Of a stretch of 64,000 nucleotides of DNA, positions 61,301 to 64,000 are shown piece after piece. The DNA comes from Trichoplax adhaerens (taxonomy: Eukaryota; Animalia; Placozoa). Positions within the stretch are counted from its first letter, which is position 1, and each line of letters opens with the position of its first letter. The position numbers were made by a program, and so were the translations under genes. The stretch spans positions 4,468,123 to 4,532,122 of the forward strand of contig NW_002060944.1 in assembly GCF_000150275.1 (NCBI RefSeq), given 5' to 3'. Below the pieces are notes generated by a model, which saw only the letters and a list, made by a program, of their open reading frames with translations, had not been told where the DNA came from and did not search any database.

Positions 61301-63846
61301 GTGCTAGGCCTGCCGGTCAACAAATAGATAACGTTATTATTCTGATGCTAGATATTATATATACGAGCAATTGTTCATTGTAATTTCACATCTTATCATA
61401 AAAAAAGGCGTCTTGAGATAGTTGATCTAGAACGATATATAAATTTCACATTGACAGACAACATATGTTTTACTACACAGATGTACTGTAATGCATAGTA
61501 TTCATTAAGTAGTGATAAATGATGAGTCTCGAATAATGAACTGCTTTTAGCTACAATACCTACCCATAGATCTTTGGTAATTATTTACTACTAATGTACA
61601 ATTTTCTACTTCCTTTTATCATTAGATCTTATTCTTGTGTCATTATAATTGATATATGACCTTAAGGCATTTAGTAGTTATTAAATACTATAATAAGTGA
61701 TATGTTCTATTAATTAAGATTAATACTGTATGTTGTAGAATGTAATTATCTAGTTTATGCATTCGATTCAATACCTCTTAATAAGTATAGCGATGTTAAT
61801 AAGGTGCCAATTGATCCTAAAGCTTGTTTACTCAAAATCGGTACTAGTACTTGATGAATAGTGTAGTCTAAAATAAGAATTATTAAGAAAGCAATTTTCA
61901 AGAGGGTTGTTTGTGTATTTTAAATTACAGTTAATCAACGATATAATCTCATATCTTGACTTACCGTTTCGATATAGGTAAATGCCAATGAAGGGCAAGT
62001 TATAATAGACTAAATTTGTTACAAAGGATATCTATAATTGCAATTAGTTACAGTGGTGAGAACTTTAAATTTTTTATTTATTTCTCATATATGAAAGAAG
62101 CCATAATCTACAGTAATACTAGTCTGTATATTTTTACGCACAATTATATTATACAAAAATTTCGAACTTCTTCGACACAGTATGTATATTGCAGATACAC
62201 TGCAAATATATATATATACATACTCATCAATATTTTACAAGCCCTGCATACTGGACATATCACATTTCCTTACCAATCTTAATAGCCTGTTGCAGTGACG
62301 CTCAATCGCATTACCGTGATACTTGTTACCCTAGTAAATTATGTCACAAAATCTGTATTAATATTTACCATAGAATCGAGTTTATCTTATACGCAATTTC
62401 GTAAACAAGGTCAAAATAATACACGTTTATAAATGGACATGAATATGAATCACATCATATACGTTGCATATTAGTCTTAGGTTTTTATAATGCCCTACAT
62501 ATAAATTGGTATAATTTAATAATAATACACCTAAGAAATGTTCTAAACGGCTGCTAGCAATATTATTTCATTTTGGCTTGCTATGATTACGTATGCATGC
62601 GTATATGCACATAACAGATAGCTAACACTTTAATCATCATAGTATAACAGGATTCTTCAATTCCGGGTGATTATTATTCTCATCCATTTAAGCGACGCTA
62701 TACAGTAGATGTTATTCGATGAGACTAAATGATAGTAAATAATTAATTACAATCCGACGAGAATATCACTGCTCTAGTAGCTGACCGTATTCTATGTATA
62801 GTAAGAAATTTGGTAAGATGGTTTAATTTTCATTATATTATAGTAAATGTAAATTGCCAGTAATCAGAGGATCACTAAATTATCAATAACTATTGTATGT
62901 ATACTATCGTCGATCACGAGAAGTGAATTAATTGATTCGTTGTAAGATATAATAATCCTCATTCTGCCGTATGCCGTATAGTATAATTACGATCTGATGA
63001 TAACCCCACTTTGCAGTGTAGGTATAAATTCGCATAGAAGACAATCAAAATAAGGACATACAGAGATACCTCTACTAAATAGGATAGAATCGTTGGAAGA
63101 ATTAATTAGAATAAACTTTTGCTATAGTTGTGCAGTACTATTAAGAGATGGAATAAGCACGAGGATATCCAATTTTGATCATTGCATCGGTGTCTGAATT
63201 GTCAAGAGTAGTGACAATCACTTTACACACAGGCGTTCAGTTGTAGTACGAATACAAGATGCTCTTTGGTTGAATGAAGAGATTATCTGGATGGACTGCT
63301 CGTTGCTATCATTAGACTGATGAATATCGCTCGATCATTTGTGAGATTCTTGATAACAATGGCTGTCATTTCCAACACATTGATACTAGTGTATCGAGAG
63401 TTGATAATATATTATTCTTGAATTGAATGAACATATTGTAGGCGCTTATTAGATTGCTTTATTCGTTCATGGTAGTCAGTAGAGTCATTACTTTCGATGA
63501 GATATGATCATATTGTATTTTCAAGACCGTCGTTGCTAATCTATTCTCTACTATCGTCGTACAGTACAATTGAATATAAGAGTAGAAATCCCTTGATCAT
63601 GTAGAGATGATATTATACAAGTGTAGACAGATTCTAGAAGTGGATGTACTTGTAGTCTATGTGTTATGCACAGGTAGCACCTAAATGCAATTTGCAAGCA
63701 AAGATTGGACTCTTTTTAACTGTAGCGTTACTCTAGGATAGGGACTTTTTCATTACCTTTTTATCTTTAGTACCATAAATATAGTGCAATTTAGGTCCAA
63801 ACAAATAATGATGAAAAGCCTGCAATCCAGTAAGTCTGTCCGCCAT
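58388..63846 (-). CDS. ABHD16A: Alpha/beta hydrolase ABHD16A (BAT5), many exons
   Basis: MADRL...LFGPKLHYIY, YDFDFKAWPVDY, HLFGRRAVFPGS, ICSEGNAGYYEVGCM, GWNHPGFANS, YSWSIGG (nucleophile), LDASFDHLIPLA, NRGNDL and HCQPLP...FQLPW. Some small 5' exons are uncertain. Confidence 0.93.
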
Positions 63847-64000
63847 AGTCTTGAGCCGATATTGCTAATTCTTCGACAATACTGGTCAGTAGTTTGGGCA
63901 AAGTCTCCCCAGAAATTATTCGATTTCCAGAATAAACTACCGTACCGTGCTGTACCTTACTGTGCAACCACGCATACCGTACAGTGCAGCATAGGAGTTA

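Overview
This is AT-rich, gene-dense eukaryotic DNA with many short GT-AG introns. The gene style and compactness are consistent with an early-branching animal, probably a placozoan such as Trichoplax (inference). Twelve protein-coding genes can be read by splicing exons by hand: NDOR1 (partial, -), RPL28 (-), a mitochondrial-clan cytochrome P450 (-) with a stray duplicate of its last two exons, an intronless TM9SF2-like gene (+), GCLM (-), DARS2 (+), ZDHHC12 (-), ODR4 (+), RABL6 (-), PTGES2 (+), CCDC151/ODAD3 (-), TXNL4B (+), plus a thirteenth, ABHD16A (-). Many of their human orthologues lie in the MHC paralogon on chromosomes 1, 6, 9 and 19. The most striking unexplained structure is non-coding. 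Most 5'/divergent intergenic regions carry their own private tandem array (unit about 80-430 bp, 3-9 copies, no obvious homology between arrays, different ages), often starting 150-220 bp upstream of the gene. These arrays sit beside perfect inverted repeats, many built from a recurrent TACTGTAC/GTACAGTA motif. No arrays were seen in introns or convergent 3' gaps. Other notable items are a Cys-containing uORF in a GCLM leader exon, a probable U12 intron in ODR4, a 5'TOP leader on RPL28 and an isolated long hairpin. No CRISPR, rRNA, tRNA or autonomous transposon was recognised. Exon boundaries and copy counts were derived by eye.
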